This document shows, piece by piece, positions 39,001 to 51,345 of a DNA stretch of 64,000 nt; within the stretch, counting starts at the first letter, position 1, and every line of letters starts with the position of its first letter. This DNA comes from Proteromonas lacertae (taxonomy: Eukaryota). The position numbers and the translations under genes are program-made. The DNA lies in NCBI GenBank assembly GCA_002245135.1, contig NGBS01000008.1:1-64000 (forward strand), read 5' to 3'. A model generated the notes under the pieces. It did no database searches and had not been told where the DNA came from. It worked only from the letters and a program-made list of their open reading frames with translations.

Positions 39001-41891
39001 TTTTAGATGGAGTATATGATGAATTATAAACTATTGCCAAGTTATGATTTTTATGGTAAAAATAATTAAATATTGTATTAATATAATGAGCAGGAATTCT
39101 TCCAATTTGAATGATATTTTGAAGTATCTGATCACCTTCACTTGGTAATACACTGAATAATAATTTATTATATTTCACTAAGTAAGGATGTATTAATTCC
39201 CTTTGTTTATTTGAGTTAGTTCCAAGGTAAGCAATAACATTTTCATCATTTCCTACATTCTCAATAAATTCTGTCATTTCTTCATCACTTGTCAGATATG
39301 GATATTCTCCATGAACTTTATGACCATTTATTCCTCCATACAAATCATTTACAACAGTAATTAGCATGGTAAAATAAGTAGAATAATACTTATCATATAT
39401 TAAATTATCTTTACTATATAGATATAAAAACACTATCCTATAAACTAATTCTTCTTCTACTTTACCAGAATACCATTTACATATTTTCTCCTTATTAATA
39501 AAACAAGGTGTTTTGTATAAATAGGAGGTTGATTCTACAGGTTTTATACTTCCATCGCTTTGTATTTTACCTAATTGAACATGTGAATCTATATATCCTT
39601 CGTTATTCCATGATATTAAACCACCTGGACCATGATAGCTTGAATATTGCAACTCATTTTTTAAAGAATTGAATTCTGTAGTATGAATCACATTTAATGC
39701 ATTTCTTAACAAATAAATTTGACTGTAACACAATGCCATACTACCAGTAATTATAAAATCTTTTGCTTTATATGCTTTCGTCAATGTTTCTCTTATTTCT
39801 TTAGAATATTCATCATCTGTACCATTGAAATAATAACCCATCACATAATGACCTTCACAATATCTTATATCAATATCTTGAATCAATCTTTCATCTAAAG
39901 TTAAACTTAAAATTGGATGTTTATCTACTTTCAATATTGATGAACTTCCATACATTTCAAAGAATACTTTTTGGTAATAAGAATCACATAAGTTCAATAT
40001 TAAACAACTATCACCGCAATCTCTTTCTATATCAGATATTGCCTCTGTTGCACTGGTTATATCAGCATTCAGCATATTACTATTTCCAATGAAATTATAT
40101 TTTGATTCTTCTACTATTAATAGGAATTCATTGAATGCTTGTTGTGAATAATCTGTATTACAGGTTATAACATATATATTGGGATATTCTTTGAATATAT
40201 TTTCATTTGCATGTCTTAAGTATGTAGTTGCTGCTATTTGACTATTCAATATTCGTGAATTGCACACTTCTCCTCCTACAGATTGTACATTAATAAATAC
40301 AACATCAATATCATAGGCTATTAAATAATAATTACAAATATACTATTAGTAAAGTCATCTAATCCATCAATACTTGAAGATGATATAAATATTGTAAAAT
40401 CAAAACTTTTCTTATAATACATCACTTTTTCATAATACACATCGTTATCATAAGCAGAATCAATAAATATTGGAACAATCTGTTTTCCCATTATTGGATC
40501 CTATACAATATTAAATAAATTATATATATATATACATACATTTTCATTAATTAAATCAATAGAAGCTAATAATGAAATTAATTTATGACTTTCATAATAT
40601 CCTCTTTCATTCCTTCCATAAAAAGTCAATGCAATAAATATAACGTCAGTAGTAATAATTGGATTATCATAAGTAACATCACAAGTTACATTTTGTGGCT
40701 CACCTTGTACCTGTGCAATTGGAACTAAATATCTTACTGGAATCTCTGTTATATTACTCATTATTACATTACTACCAGCTGCTGAAGGATCTTGAGTAAC
40801 TCTACAAACCATTATATTAGCTACCATTCTTAAATTCTTTAATAATCCATATTTCAAATTTGCACTATATAAATCTTTATTAAATAATTCAAATAAAACT
40901 TGGCTCGATTCAACATCATTCTTTCTAGCAAATATTCTTCTCAACATTTCCAACATTTGATATAATAATATTTCTGAGTTTGAATAAGTATCAACATCTA
41001 CTGGAGCTGGTGTAGCAATTGGTGTTCCTGTTGGTAATACAGCTGAAGTATCACCTACAACACTTCCCATTTCATTATCTGTTTTATCAGGATTGAGAAA
41101 CTCATTTGCAACTATTAAATTCTCAAAATCATTTAAATTTGCAAATATGTATTTTCTATCAACTCCATAATGTAATAAAGTGTTAAAATCCACATTATAT
41201 AAATTTGTTTTATATTCTGTGTTAATATGAGCTACTAATCCTTCATCTATAATGAAATTGTATATCATTAATGGCTTTGTTGAAAATAGATTTTTTAATT
41301 CCAATATTTTTTCTGTTATTTTTGTTTTTTTATTAGCTTCAGTATCTGCTGGATCTAATATTAAATGGTACTTCTCTTCATTTCCAAATTGAGCCAAGTA
41401 ACTAACTAATTTATCTGTACAATCACTTTTATAAGAAATAATCACATTGTAACGAACTTCACTTTTGAATGTATTTAATACTATAGAAAATAAAAATATA
41501 TTAAGTATGTCATACTCATATATTTACTATAACATGTATCAAACCCATAAAATGTGTATTTCAAACAGGTTTGGAGATCATTATTTACAGCGTTTAGAGT
41601 ATAAATCTTGTAGGATGAGGTAATAGAATTGAGTGTATCGGGATTTATATTCGGAAGATAGGCAAAAACATCTCTTACTTTTGCCTTATAAAATTTTTCA
41701 TACGCTTTTTTTACTGCTTCTACACTTGTATCATCAACAATTTCTTGAGCTTTTATTAAATAATTGTCAGAACCTCTACAAAATGAATCAACAAGATTTA
41801 TAAAATTATTTCCGCTTGAGATAGTTACTACTGCTATGGGAATTGATGTTATAATATATTTACATAACAACAAAAAAATAATATACTTCAT
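30052..41891 (-). CDS. Giant class C (7tm_3)-like GPCR with nine tandem AmiC/UrtA-like type I periplasmic-binding domains; two apparent frameshifts
   Basis: Signal peptide, nine roughly 380-aa repeats (IGIINSFTG, GGLIGK, IGCF..CRK, YPTDYEGLEC..IFYGG, PxGxxx, CDF/W linker), a GABA-B-like 7TM region (RNKVIIRS, CMLRP, LLSKTMKL, EFNDS) and a Ser/Thr-rich tail. Nine introns. Confidence 0.82.
30291..30343 (-). other. Candidate U12-type AT-AA intron (53 nt)
   Basis: 5' ATATCTTT, branch TTCTTTAAT 9 nt before the 3' end (TTCAA). Removal gives ILQFGLKLITL at the end of TM7; unspliced, the frame stops. Confidence 0.72.
30470..30535 (-). other. Candidate U12-type AT-AC intron (66 nt)
   Basis: 5' ATATCATT, branch TCTTTAAT, 3' TTTTAC. 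Removal gives a clean TM6 (LFLTAIIVTILSTVLIVL). An in-frame GT-AG alternative (30498-30539, atypical GTCAAT donor) also exists. Confidence 0.6.
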
Positions 41892-41911
41892 ATTTTGAAA
41901 CGATATTATTT

Positions 41912-41928
41912 TCAAGCAAAAAGCTTGA
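41912..41928. promoter_or_regulatory. Inverted TCAAGC-N5-GCTTGA element upstream of the giant GPCR
   Basis: Lies about 20-37 nt upstream of ATG 41891. Confidence 0.5.
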
Positions 41929-42264
41929 TCACCAACCAATAAAATTTAGACTTTATAAAATACAATACAGTATAATACACATGTATTAGTATATATTTTT
42001 GATTAATAATCAATTCATTCAATAATTACAATACCTTATAATGAAAATAGAGATTTATACACAGACGTAATTTAGTAAAAAATCATATTAAAGAAGAATT
42101 GATTTGTCAGAATAATAACATTCAAACTCAGAAATTTATTAATAAACCATATTCACTAAGTAGATCTATCTTATTTTTACTTAAAGAAAGAATTTCAATT
42201 TATGGGTTATTCAAAATTTTGATAAAAATCAAATTTGTTATTTTTGTTATATATTTACATAAAG

Positions 42265-44041
42265 ATGATAATAAAAGTGAATGAAAGCATAAGAAAAGAG
42301 GGGTATTTTTTATATTTATTTTTATGATAGATTATGTCGAAAATTGGTTGAAAGTGGTTTTGGTGATATAGAAGTGAAGATTGGAGATAGCCGAATAATG
42401 TCAATCAAGTCAATTTTAGTGAATGGAAATGAGACTGTAAAGAAACTGTTGTTAGATAGAGAGTTTGCTGGAGTTTTGGAGTTATATGAAGAAATCGAAG
42501 AAATTGGCTTATTAAATCGCTTATTAGAATGGTATAAATTCCAAAAGAATAAGAAAGATAATGAAGAGATAGAAGATGATTTTAAACAATTGATAGAAGA
42601 AGATATCGATGGTGAAAAGATAAAAGAGAAAGAGATAGAAAAAGAGAATAAAGAAATGTTGAAAGAAATGAAAATAGAATTAAAGAAAAATGAATGTAAA
42701 AATCATATAGAAATATATTTAATAAAAGATGAGATAATTCAAAATGTAATAATGAGTAATTACAATGAAGATAATGAAGAAGAAGACTTTAATGAAGAAG
42801 AAAGAGGAATATTGGATAAAATGAAAGAAGAAGAATTGAATGATGAAATAATGTGTATATTAGAAATGAATAACATAAAAATGATCGAGATAGTATTGAT
42901 GATAATGAAATATAAAAATATGAAAATGGAAAAGTATAAATACTAAAAATATATTTAAATAGAATATATCTCAAATACAGATAAGAGAAAGCTATTGGAA
43001 AGATTATGTATACAATATAATGAGAATAAAAGAAATCGAACAATGAAATGTTTATGTTTGTTTGTTGATGATAAAAAGAATATTTCAATAATAGAAGAAG
43101 TATGTGGAAAAGAGATTCTTTTTAGAATATTGAATGAAGTTAATTATTTAAACTCCAAATCGAAAGAAATATTAATAGAATATATAAAAGAGAATAAACT
43201 GAGTATCGAAGAAGAAGAAGAAATGATTGTAATAATGAAAGATAAAGAATTATTGAGTGAATTAAAAACAAAAGAAATCACATCATTTTCATATCCTCAA
43301 TCAGAATATTCATTTATATTAGATGAAGAAATGTTAATAATTCCTTCATATGATGGAAATCGATGTGACTTTTCAATCAATCCTTCATTACCTGATGGAA
43401 TAATGATAGATAAAGAAAATGGAATAATTAATGGAAAAGTTGCTGAAGAAATCGAAAAGAGAGAATATGAAATAAGTTGTAAGAATAATCATAGTGAAAA
43501 GAATTTCAAAATATTATTAGAATTTATTGATGTGAAATTCACAGAATTAAACAAAAGTTATGGAATATCAATATCAAATAATGGAAAAACAATTACAAAT
43601 ACAGATTATCAGTGGAGTTATTGTTATTTGAATTTGAAAATGGAAAATGGAGTTTATCATATCAAATATCAATTTCATCAAAATGGAACTAAATATGATG
43701 GAATGATATTAGGATTATCAACTAATAATACATATTCTGGTAATATTATTGATGATCAATCAACAACATGTAATTATCATGCATTTAATGGTAAAAGTAG
43801 AGATATTACTAGATATTGTCATATTGGGATAATTGTTAATAAAAATCCAAATTTCAATAATCATGGAGATGGTTCAATTTATGAAGTGATTGTTGATATG
43901 AATAAAAGAGAATGGTGGATGAGTCATAATGATTCATCTCCTGTTTTACTTGTTAAAGATTTAACTTCTCCACTATATCCTTATGCCTCACATTGTGGAC
44001 TTAAAATCTCAATTGAGTTATTATCAGTTTCTCATCAATAA
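42265..44041 (+). CDS. Protein with a Glu/Lys-rich N-half, a putative Ig (He_PIG-like) domain and a SPRY/ConA-like C-terminus
   Basis: FSINPSLPDGIMIDKENGIINGK..YEISCKN, then ISISNNGKTI..GVYHIKY..MILG..EVIVDMNKRE..PLYPYAS. Two introns. Confidence 0.65.
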
Positions 44042-44049
44042 AGTTAGAT

Positions 44050-45280
44050 AACATGAATTTTTATAATATTTACATTCTTTATAATGTATTGCTGTTAAAT
44101 TTACTTAAAAACAAAGAAAATATAGGCTTTGTTGGTTTTATTAATTTCATTATTCTGAAGAAATAATTAATCCCTTGTTCACATACACACATACAATCTG
44201 TACTAACAGCTATTATTTCTTGGCTAATATATTCATCTGCTCCAACATCTAATATCATCTTATCTAAATAACATTCTTTCCCTTCTTCACATTGATGATG
44301 AATTTGATAATTTAGTTTATATTTTATATAATAATAATAATCTCGGTTATATAAAATGATCATCAATAATATAGCCAAGGATTTTGCATTATGTTTATTA
44401 TTGTAAGATTCTATCAAACTATCTCTATTTCCTAAAAATACATTATTATTGTATATACTTATTGTTTCTTCGATATTTATTTCTTCTTCAACAACTATTT
44501 CTTCTTCTTCTTCTTCATATGGAATTACAGGAAGCTCAGCTTCATTTAATTCATACAAAAGATTACTTCATACAACTTCAAACGATGTCTCTTTTCTTTG
44601 ACAAGTATTCTATTGAGAAAGGAGTTTAATTTATCACTATATTCACTTTTTAGTGGTATATAATATACTTTAAAAATATTATTCATTGTTTCTAATATAT
44701 TTGAACCATAAAACGGATATTTACCACTGTTTATGTAATAAAAGATTAAACCGAAATTCCAAATATCACTTGACATATCTAATTCTTTTCCTAATAATTC
44801 ATCAACACAAACAAAACATAAATCTTTTCCATCTCTTTTTATCTTTTCTTCTCTTCCTTTAAACAACAAATTATTACAATAGTCATTTATTATTACTTTA
44901 TTTTCATCATTCAAAAAGATATTAGAAGGTTTTAAATCACTGTGAATGTTTGAATTTTCATTCAAACTATTTAAAACCATTAATATTTCATTCAATATAT
45001 CAAATGTACCACTTTTTTCAAAATATATGATGGGGTTTATTTCATCCAAATGGGTTTTATACTCATCCATCATTCGATAAAGCACATTCTCGTATTTTTC
45101 AATTATTTTGTACCTCATTAAGCCATTTATATTCACATTATTTATTTTATTCATTATACATACGACTTCATCAACTACATCTGCAGCTAGCTCACCAACA
45201 TTCATTACTTTTAATAATGTTTTTGAACCTTCATTAATTTCTCTAATTTCACATATTTCAGTACCACTTCGATGAGTCGC
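44050..45280 (-). pseudogene. Pseudokinase-LRR family pseudogene
   Basis: HSDLKPSN, INDY, DIWNFG. No clear in-frame ATG, a frameshift at about 44550, a QIHHQC..C.LD motif, and truncation at the start of the LRR region. Confidence 0.65.
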
Positions 45281-45469
45281 GAACTCAAAAAAGCTGGAAG
45301 AGATATCATTGAAATAATGAATGTTATAACAATAGAAAATTTAATCAAATAAAAATGAAATCTCAAGCTTTTGCATTTAAGCTTGTGCTTTTTTATTTCA
45401 AACTTTTCCTTAGATTGAAGGAAATCAATTTACAAAATCACTTAAAAAAAACATTAATAAATATTGTTA

Positions 45470-48211
45470 TTATAAAACTCTACTTATTTTAACATCTTCA
45501 TAAATAATTAATTCATCACTTTCTGCAACTCCCTATAATATTATATGTTATATACATAAATATACATTAAAACCTTGAAAACCAATACCACACTCTTGTC
45601 CCTGATCAATTTGATCTACTTCTTTCTTATACAACTTCAATGAGGAAATTCTGACATTCTCTTCTATCACTTTTCCTCCTCTTGTTATAGTAACCAATGA
45701 ATTTGGAGTTATTTTACCTTCTGTACATTCAGTACCTGCTACTTTCATTGTTCTGTTTCCTTTTAATCCAATATCAAATACTCTTTTAACATACGCTTTT
45801 CCTACTAATACTCTTTCATATTTATCAGGTAATTTTGCTTTTAGTATATCTTTAATTTGGTCTAAAGCTTTATAGATGACTTTTTCTTTAATAATTTTGA
45901 TATTGCTTCCTTCAGCTATTTGTTTCATTACATCTAAAGAATAAATAAATATGAAAAATAAAAATAATTGTACTAGAAATTGGAATATTAAAGGCAATTA
46001 TGATTGCTCTTGATATTGAAGCTGTTGTTATATCTTTCAAAGCTAAAGCACCAGTTCCACCATCTATTATTTGTATATCAATTTCATCTGCTTTTATCTT
46101 ATTAATTTCATTCTTAAGTGCATCAATTGAACCTTTTAAATCAGATTTTATGAGAATAGTGAATATTTCTCTTCCATCTGATGTTTTTAGTTTTGGTTGG
46201 TTATATTCTTTAGCTGATAACTCTTCTCCTCCTTTTTCAACATTGTCATTATTTCTATCTGTATTATGATAAATTTGAGATGTTGATTTCTTAGCAGATG
46301 ATTTACTATTTTCAGTTTGATTATTAGTTTTTTCTATTTTATCCTTTCTTTCTTCAACCAACTATATTCATATAAATTAGAAAAGAATAAATATACTGTT
46401 TTAGCTTTATCTTCATTCACTTGAATTAATAATTGTTCTCCAGCTGCATTAGGACAATCAATACCAGTTATTCTTACAGGAGATCCTGGTTTTGCTTCTT
46501 TTATATACTTACCATCCATATATATTGTTCTAATATGTCCATACTAAAGAAATATAAATAAAATTATACTTCAGTTCCAACTACACCAATATCTCCAACT
46601 CGTAAAGTTCCATTTCTAACAATAATATCCATTGAAGTACCACTCTTCGGATCAATATGACTTTCTAATACAATTGCTTCTGCTAACCTATTAGGATTAC
46701 ATTTTCTATTACTATCTTCTGTTTGAACATCAATTGCAGTTAATAAATCATCAAAACCCATCTTTTTCAATGAACCAACTGGAACAATCATTGTATTACC
46801 ACCTAATACTTCTGTTGTAATATCATACCGTAATAATTGTTGAGATATTCTTTGCAATGATTCTGTAATATCAAAAGTATCTCTATCACACTTAGTAACA
46901 GCTACAACAACAGGTAAATTGAATTCTTTTGCTAAGTTTATACATTCTACAGTTTGTTCTTTTACACCATCATCACCAGCAATAACCAATACAATTGTGT
47001 CTGATAATTGAATACCCCTTCTTCTCATATTCATAAAGGCAGCATGTCCTGGTGTATCAATAAATGTACATATTTTCTTTAATTCTCCTTCACCTAATGT
47101 CACTTGGAAAGCAGCTACTTTTTGTGTTATTCCTCCTATTTCTTGTTTTGCTACATTTGAATTTCTTAAATTGTCTAATAATGTTGTTTTACCATGATCT
47201 ACATGACCCATTACTGTTACTATTGGAGGTCTAATACCGTCAACCTTTTTGATTGGTTTGATTATCTTATTGACTTTGAATGTTGGTTTGTATGAGAATA
47301 TTGTTTCTTTTGGTAGTTTATATTTTAAGTTAAATTCATTACAAACATATATTTGATGTGTCAGATGTAATAATCCAGATGATTCAACATGCTTACGAAC
47401 TATTTAAATAATATAATAACATATATAAATTTAAAAATACCTTCTTTTGGTAATACATCTAAAATTGCATTTATTTTTATTCCAGTTGAATATTGAAATC
47501 CATTCAATGTAACCCATTGTTTTAATTGATATCCTGTTGTTCTTCCATCATTTACTACTGTTAATGAATTACCCATATCTGGAGGAGGACACATTGTACT
47601 AAATAGAACAATAACAATAGAAACATATTAAAATTATAATAAATACAAAAATGATTTTACAGAAGGATCAAGTTCAAGTTTATTTGTTTTTTCTATTAAT
47701 TCTTCTAATGGAGGAAATGTTAATTTCTATTAATGATAATATTATTATTATTATATACAGAAAAATAATCCATAAATGAAGAATAAGTTGATTCTAAAGT
47801 ATGTTTATTCATTTCAGAATCTTTTTGTATTGTGATGGTATTATGAAGAAGTGGTTTATATTGAGTAACTGAACGGATGAATAAATGCTGGGTTTGTCTT
47901 TTCAGCAACAAGTCTCTCTGTAGACCATAATGTATTCAATAATGTTGTTAATTTATCAGACTGAGATGACATCGTTGATGAAGCATGCACTAAGAGGTGA
48001 TGATGTGTTATGAGATCTTGACTCATGAAGTTGTATAGCAGCAGCTGCCATCCTTATTAAAATATTCTCATTACTATTGTGACGAAGTGAAGATTGGAAA
48101 GTATCTTTCTATACATGGTATATAATGTATATATACTGGAATATTACCCAAACCAGATTGTTTGATATATTTCAATCTCAAAAATGCTTTGGTAGGAAGT
48201 GTACTGGACAT
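45470..48211 (-). CDS. MTIF2: Mitochondrial translation initiation factor IF2
   Basis: RPPIVTVMGHVDHGKTTLLD, GGITQ, DTPGHAAF, TKCD, IKSDLKGSIDAL, GQECGI. The 5' exons (MSSTLPTKAFLRLK) are approximate. Confidence 0.9.
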
Positions 48212-48406
48212 TAAATATAAGTAATATTAATTTAAATGAAAAATTGGGTTAAAATTCACAAACGAATGAAAAGAAAAAAAGAAATGATTAAAATGACACG
48301 ATTTGCTCAAATCGCATTTTCTCTATTTTCTTTATTTCGCTTGTTTACAACAAAAATAAAAAAAAAAAACATAAATAAAAACATATACAAACTAAATTAA
48401 ATAATT

Positions 48407-49347
48407 CTATTCCTGAAACAGTTGGTTAAACAAACTAACAAATTCATCAAAAGTTATTGTCCCACTATTATCTATATCAAAATCTGAGAAAAGTTTGTCA
48501 ATCATTTCAGAAGACAATGGTTCAGTAAGAGATACACTCTTAATACAAGCTTTCATTTCGTCTTTACTAATTGTTCCAGAGTTATCAACATCATAATATG
48601 CAAATAGACTAGAAAAAAGCTTATCTTTATCTCTAATTCTGCTATATTTGTCTAATAATATTTGTTTCTTATCATCTAAATTTTTAATCACTTCATTGTA
48701 CAGCGATATATCATCTTCATAACTTTTCTTCTTCTGTAGGGCTTTACTCTGTAATCTTTTGATAGATTTAATTTGTTTTGAGATTTCGGTTATTAGCATG
48801 TTTGTATGTTCTATATTTATATTTTCTACCCCTTCTTCCACTTCATCAACTTGTTCGTTTCTTAATTTTGCTAATTCTTTACCAAACTCTTCGAAATTCC
48901 ATTTTTGATGATTTTCAAACTTTGCTAAATTATTATCCAATTCTTCTTCATCTAATTGTAATGCATCAATTTGAGAGTCAAGTTCTTGAACTTTCTTTGG
49001 AATTTGAGTAACCCTTCTTTTTAAATACTCCAATTCTATTTGCAAATGAGCTAAATATTCCTTTAAATCTTTAATGCTCATTATTTTGACGTTTTTAAAT
49101 GAGTCATCCATTTGTTTTGAATATACTCTATCATATTCCATCATAGCTTCATCCAATGCTTCTTTCTGAGTTTTTTCAGTTTCTTGAAGTTTTGTAAGCT
49201 TTGATAAGTGTTGTTTCTGTATTTTGTCTAATTTCTTCTTTTCCTAACATATAAGTATATATGAAATACCTCTAAAGTGTCTTGAAGTAATTTATCAAGC
49301 TCTTCTTGAGAATAATAATTTGCGTTAGCTTTTATAACTTTGGACAT
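48407..49347 (-). CDS. Coiled-coil protein with two C-terminal EF-hands
   Basis: DVDNSGTISKDE and DIDNSGTITFDEF; one intron at about 49244-49269. Confidence 0.85.
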
Positions 49348-49438
49348 TTTTAAAATTTTGATCGTTACATAATTATATTTTTCTTTTTCTATTGCTCAAA
49401 TTAATAAATATTATCAACATTATCACAAAATATTAAAC

Positions 49439-51299
49439 TTAATTCTTCATATAATTAAAATATTCAACTAAAAGTTCATCTCTTAATTTACACATTTCAC
49501 CTTTCTTTCTTCCAAAACCACCAAATGAATTGTAACTTAACAAATAAAAGAAAGTATACAATATTTCAAAGCATTCATGAATAGAATATGGTTCAAAATT
49601 CACTCTTTTAAACAAATATGGAATATCATTATTCAAACAATGAATGATCTATTATTAAGATATATATATATGCTTATATTTATACATTCTGAATTTCTTT
49701 TACTACGAATGGACTGGTAATTTGAAATGGTAATTCAGACAAAAGATCTTGCAACATCTGAGAATTCTTTGATTGAGATATATTAATTGTATGATTCACT
49801 ATTAAATATTAATTTACAAATATATATACAAGATGGTCTAGAATTTTTGAAATGAAGTTCAAATAGCTTGACTATATAATATTAATAAATATAAAACTAT
49901 TTTATAAATTAATATACTCTGCTTATAATGTGAAAGAGTGTAAATCATAAAATTTGATGTTGATAAATACTGAACTATATTATGGAAATATATTCTTTTG
50001 CATTTCACTTCATCACTTAATAATACTGTTTTATAATTATTAGAAAAACTAAAATATACATGGTAACATAGATGGAGTTGTTATTAAAATAGATTTGATT
50101 TTATTATATGAACTTAATTGTGTTTGAATATACTTCATTGGCAAACTTGGAGATATTAACAATGTTGTGTATTTCTTTTTTATTGATTCATAAATATCAA
50201 TAGCATTATCTGATACTAGAATATCACCATCAGTTGAAATATACTATCATATTATATCAATATACAATAATCATATACTCTATTTAAATCAATATGAGGA
50301 TATGTTTGTTCTGGTTTTATAAGATCAATCTATTTATAATTAAACAAATATAAAATATAAAACATGGAATATACAGTTTTATCTTTTGAAATATTATGAA
50401 ATAAATCACCACATTCATTGCATATTCTTTGAATATATCTGTTAAATATATTCTCAGCATAAATATAAATATTTGGACATAATAATGTATATAGAACAAT
50501 ATTGATTTGATTAGTGATAGTAAAATTAGATAAATTATATGGATACAGTCTTATAATAGCATTCTATTAGAAACAATAAATTATATTATCAATACTTCAA
50601 TTGGTCTATTTGATTTTTGCATTGATAATTGAGTAACAATATGATGTGATCTTGGCAAATACTGTAAGTAATAATTGTCTATATAATTAACAGGTTTATC
50701 ATCTTCTATATGTTTGGCAATTGATGATAAATAATAATCACTATTTGAACCAAAGAATGAAGTTTTTCTGTAAGATGGATTAAAAAATGATTTGAATGGT
50801 TCTTCATCATAATTTGGTTTAGAAGAAGAGAAATATATATTTCTCTGCATATGACGAGTTTTAAATGCCCTATTTGCTGTGAATATGGTATAATCTGTTG
50901 GTTTTAGTTTTGATAAATGAGATATATAATTGATTATTTCTGGTTTAATTTCATTTATTTTTGTAGATATATTATTTTCATCTAATTCGTTTAAATATTT
51001 TGCCATTTCATTTTGTGAATGAAATAATGATTGTAATATTGAAGCATTGTAGAGATTATTCAAACCACTATCAATCTTCTAATAACATATTATTATAAAT
51101 CATACGTCTTTGTTTTGAAAATTCTCAAGATATGAATAAAATATTTCATTTTTGTGCAGTTGATCAATTATCAGTTTTACTTTATCATTTTGTTTCTATC
51201 ATTATAAAAAATACTTTATACTATCTGATATTCCTCATTAACACTGTATTTTCTTATCAATAACCTTGTTCTGATGGTCAAAAATCGATTTTTAATCAT
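49439..51299 (-). CDS. Intron-rich hypothetical protein, possibly mitochondrial
   Basis: ATG 51299 (MIKNRFLTIRTRLLIRKYS, Arg-rich) and repeated short GT-AG introns linking exons. No recognised motif; the internal structure is uncertain. Confidence 0.55.
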
Positions 51300-51345
51300 T
51301 TGGCTTGTTTATTGGTTTGACATCATTTTCTTTTTTTCGAAATAG

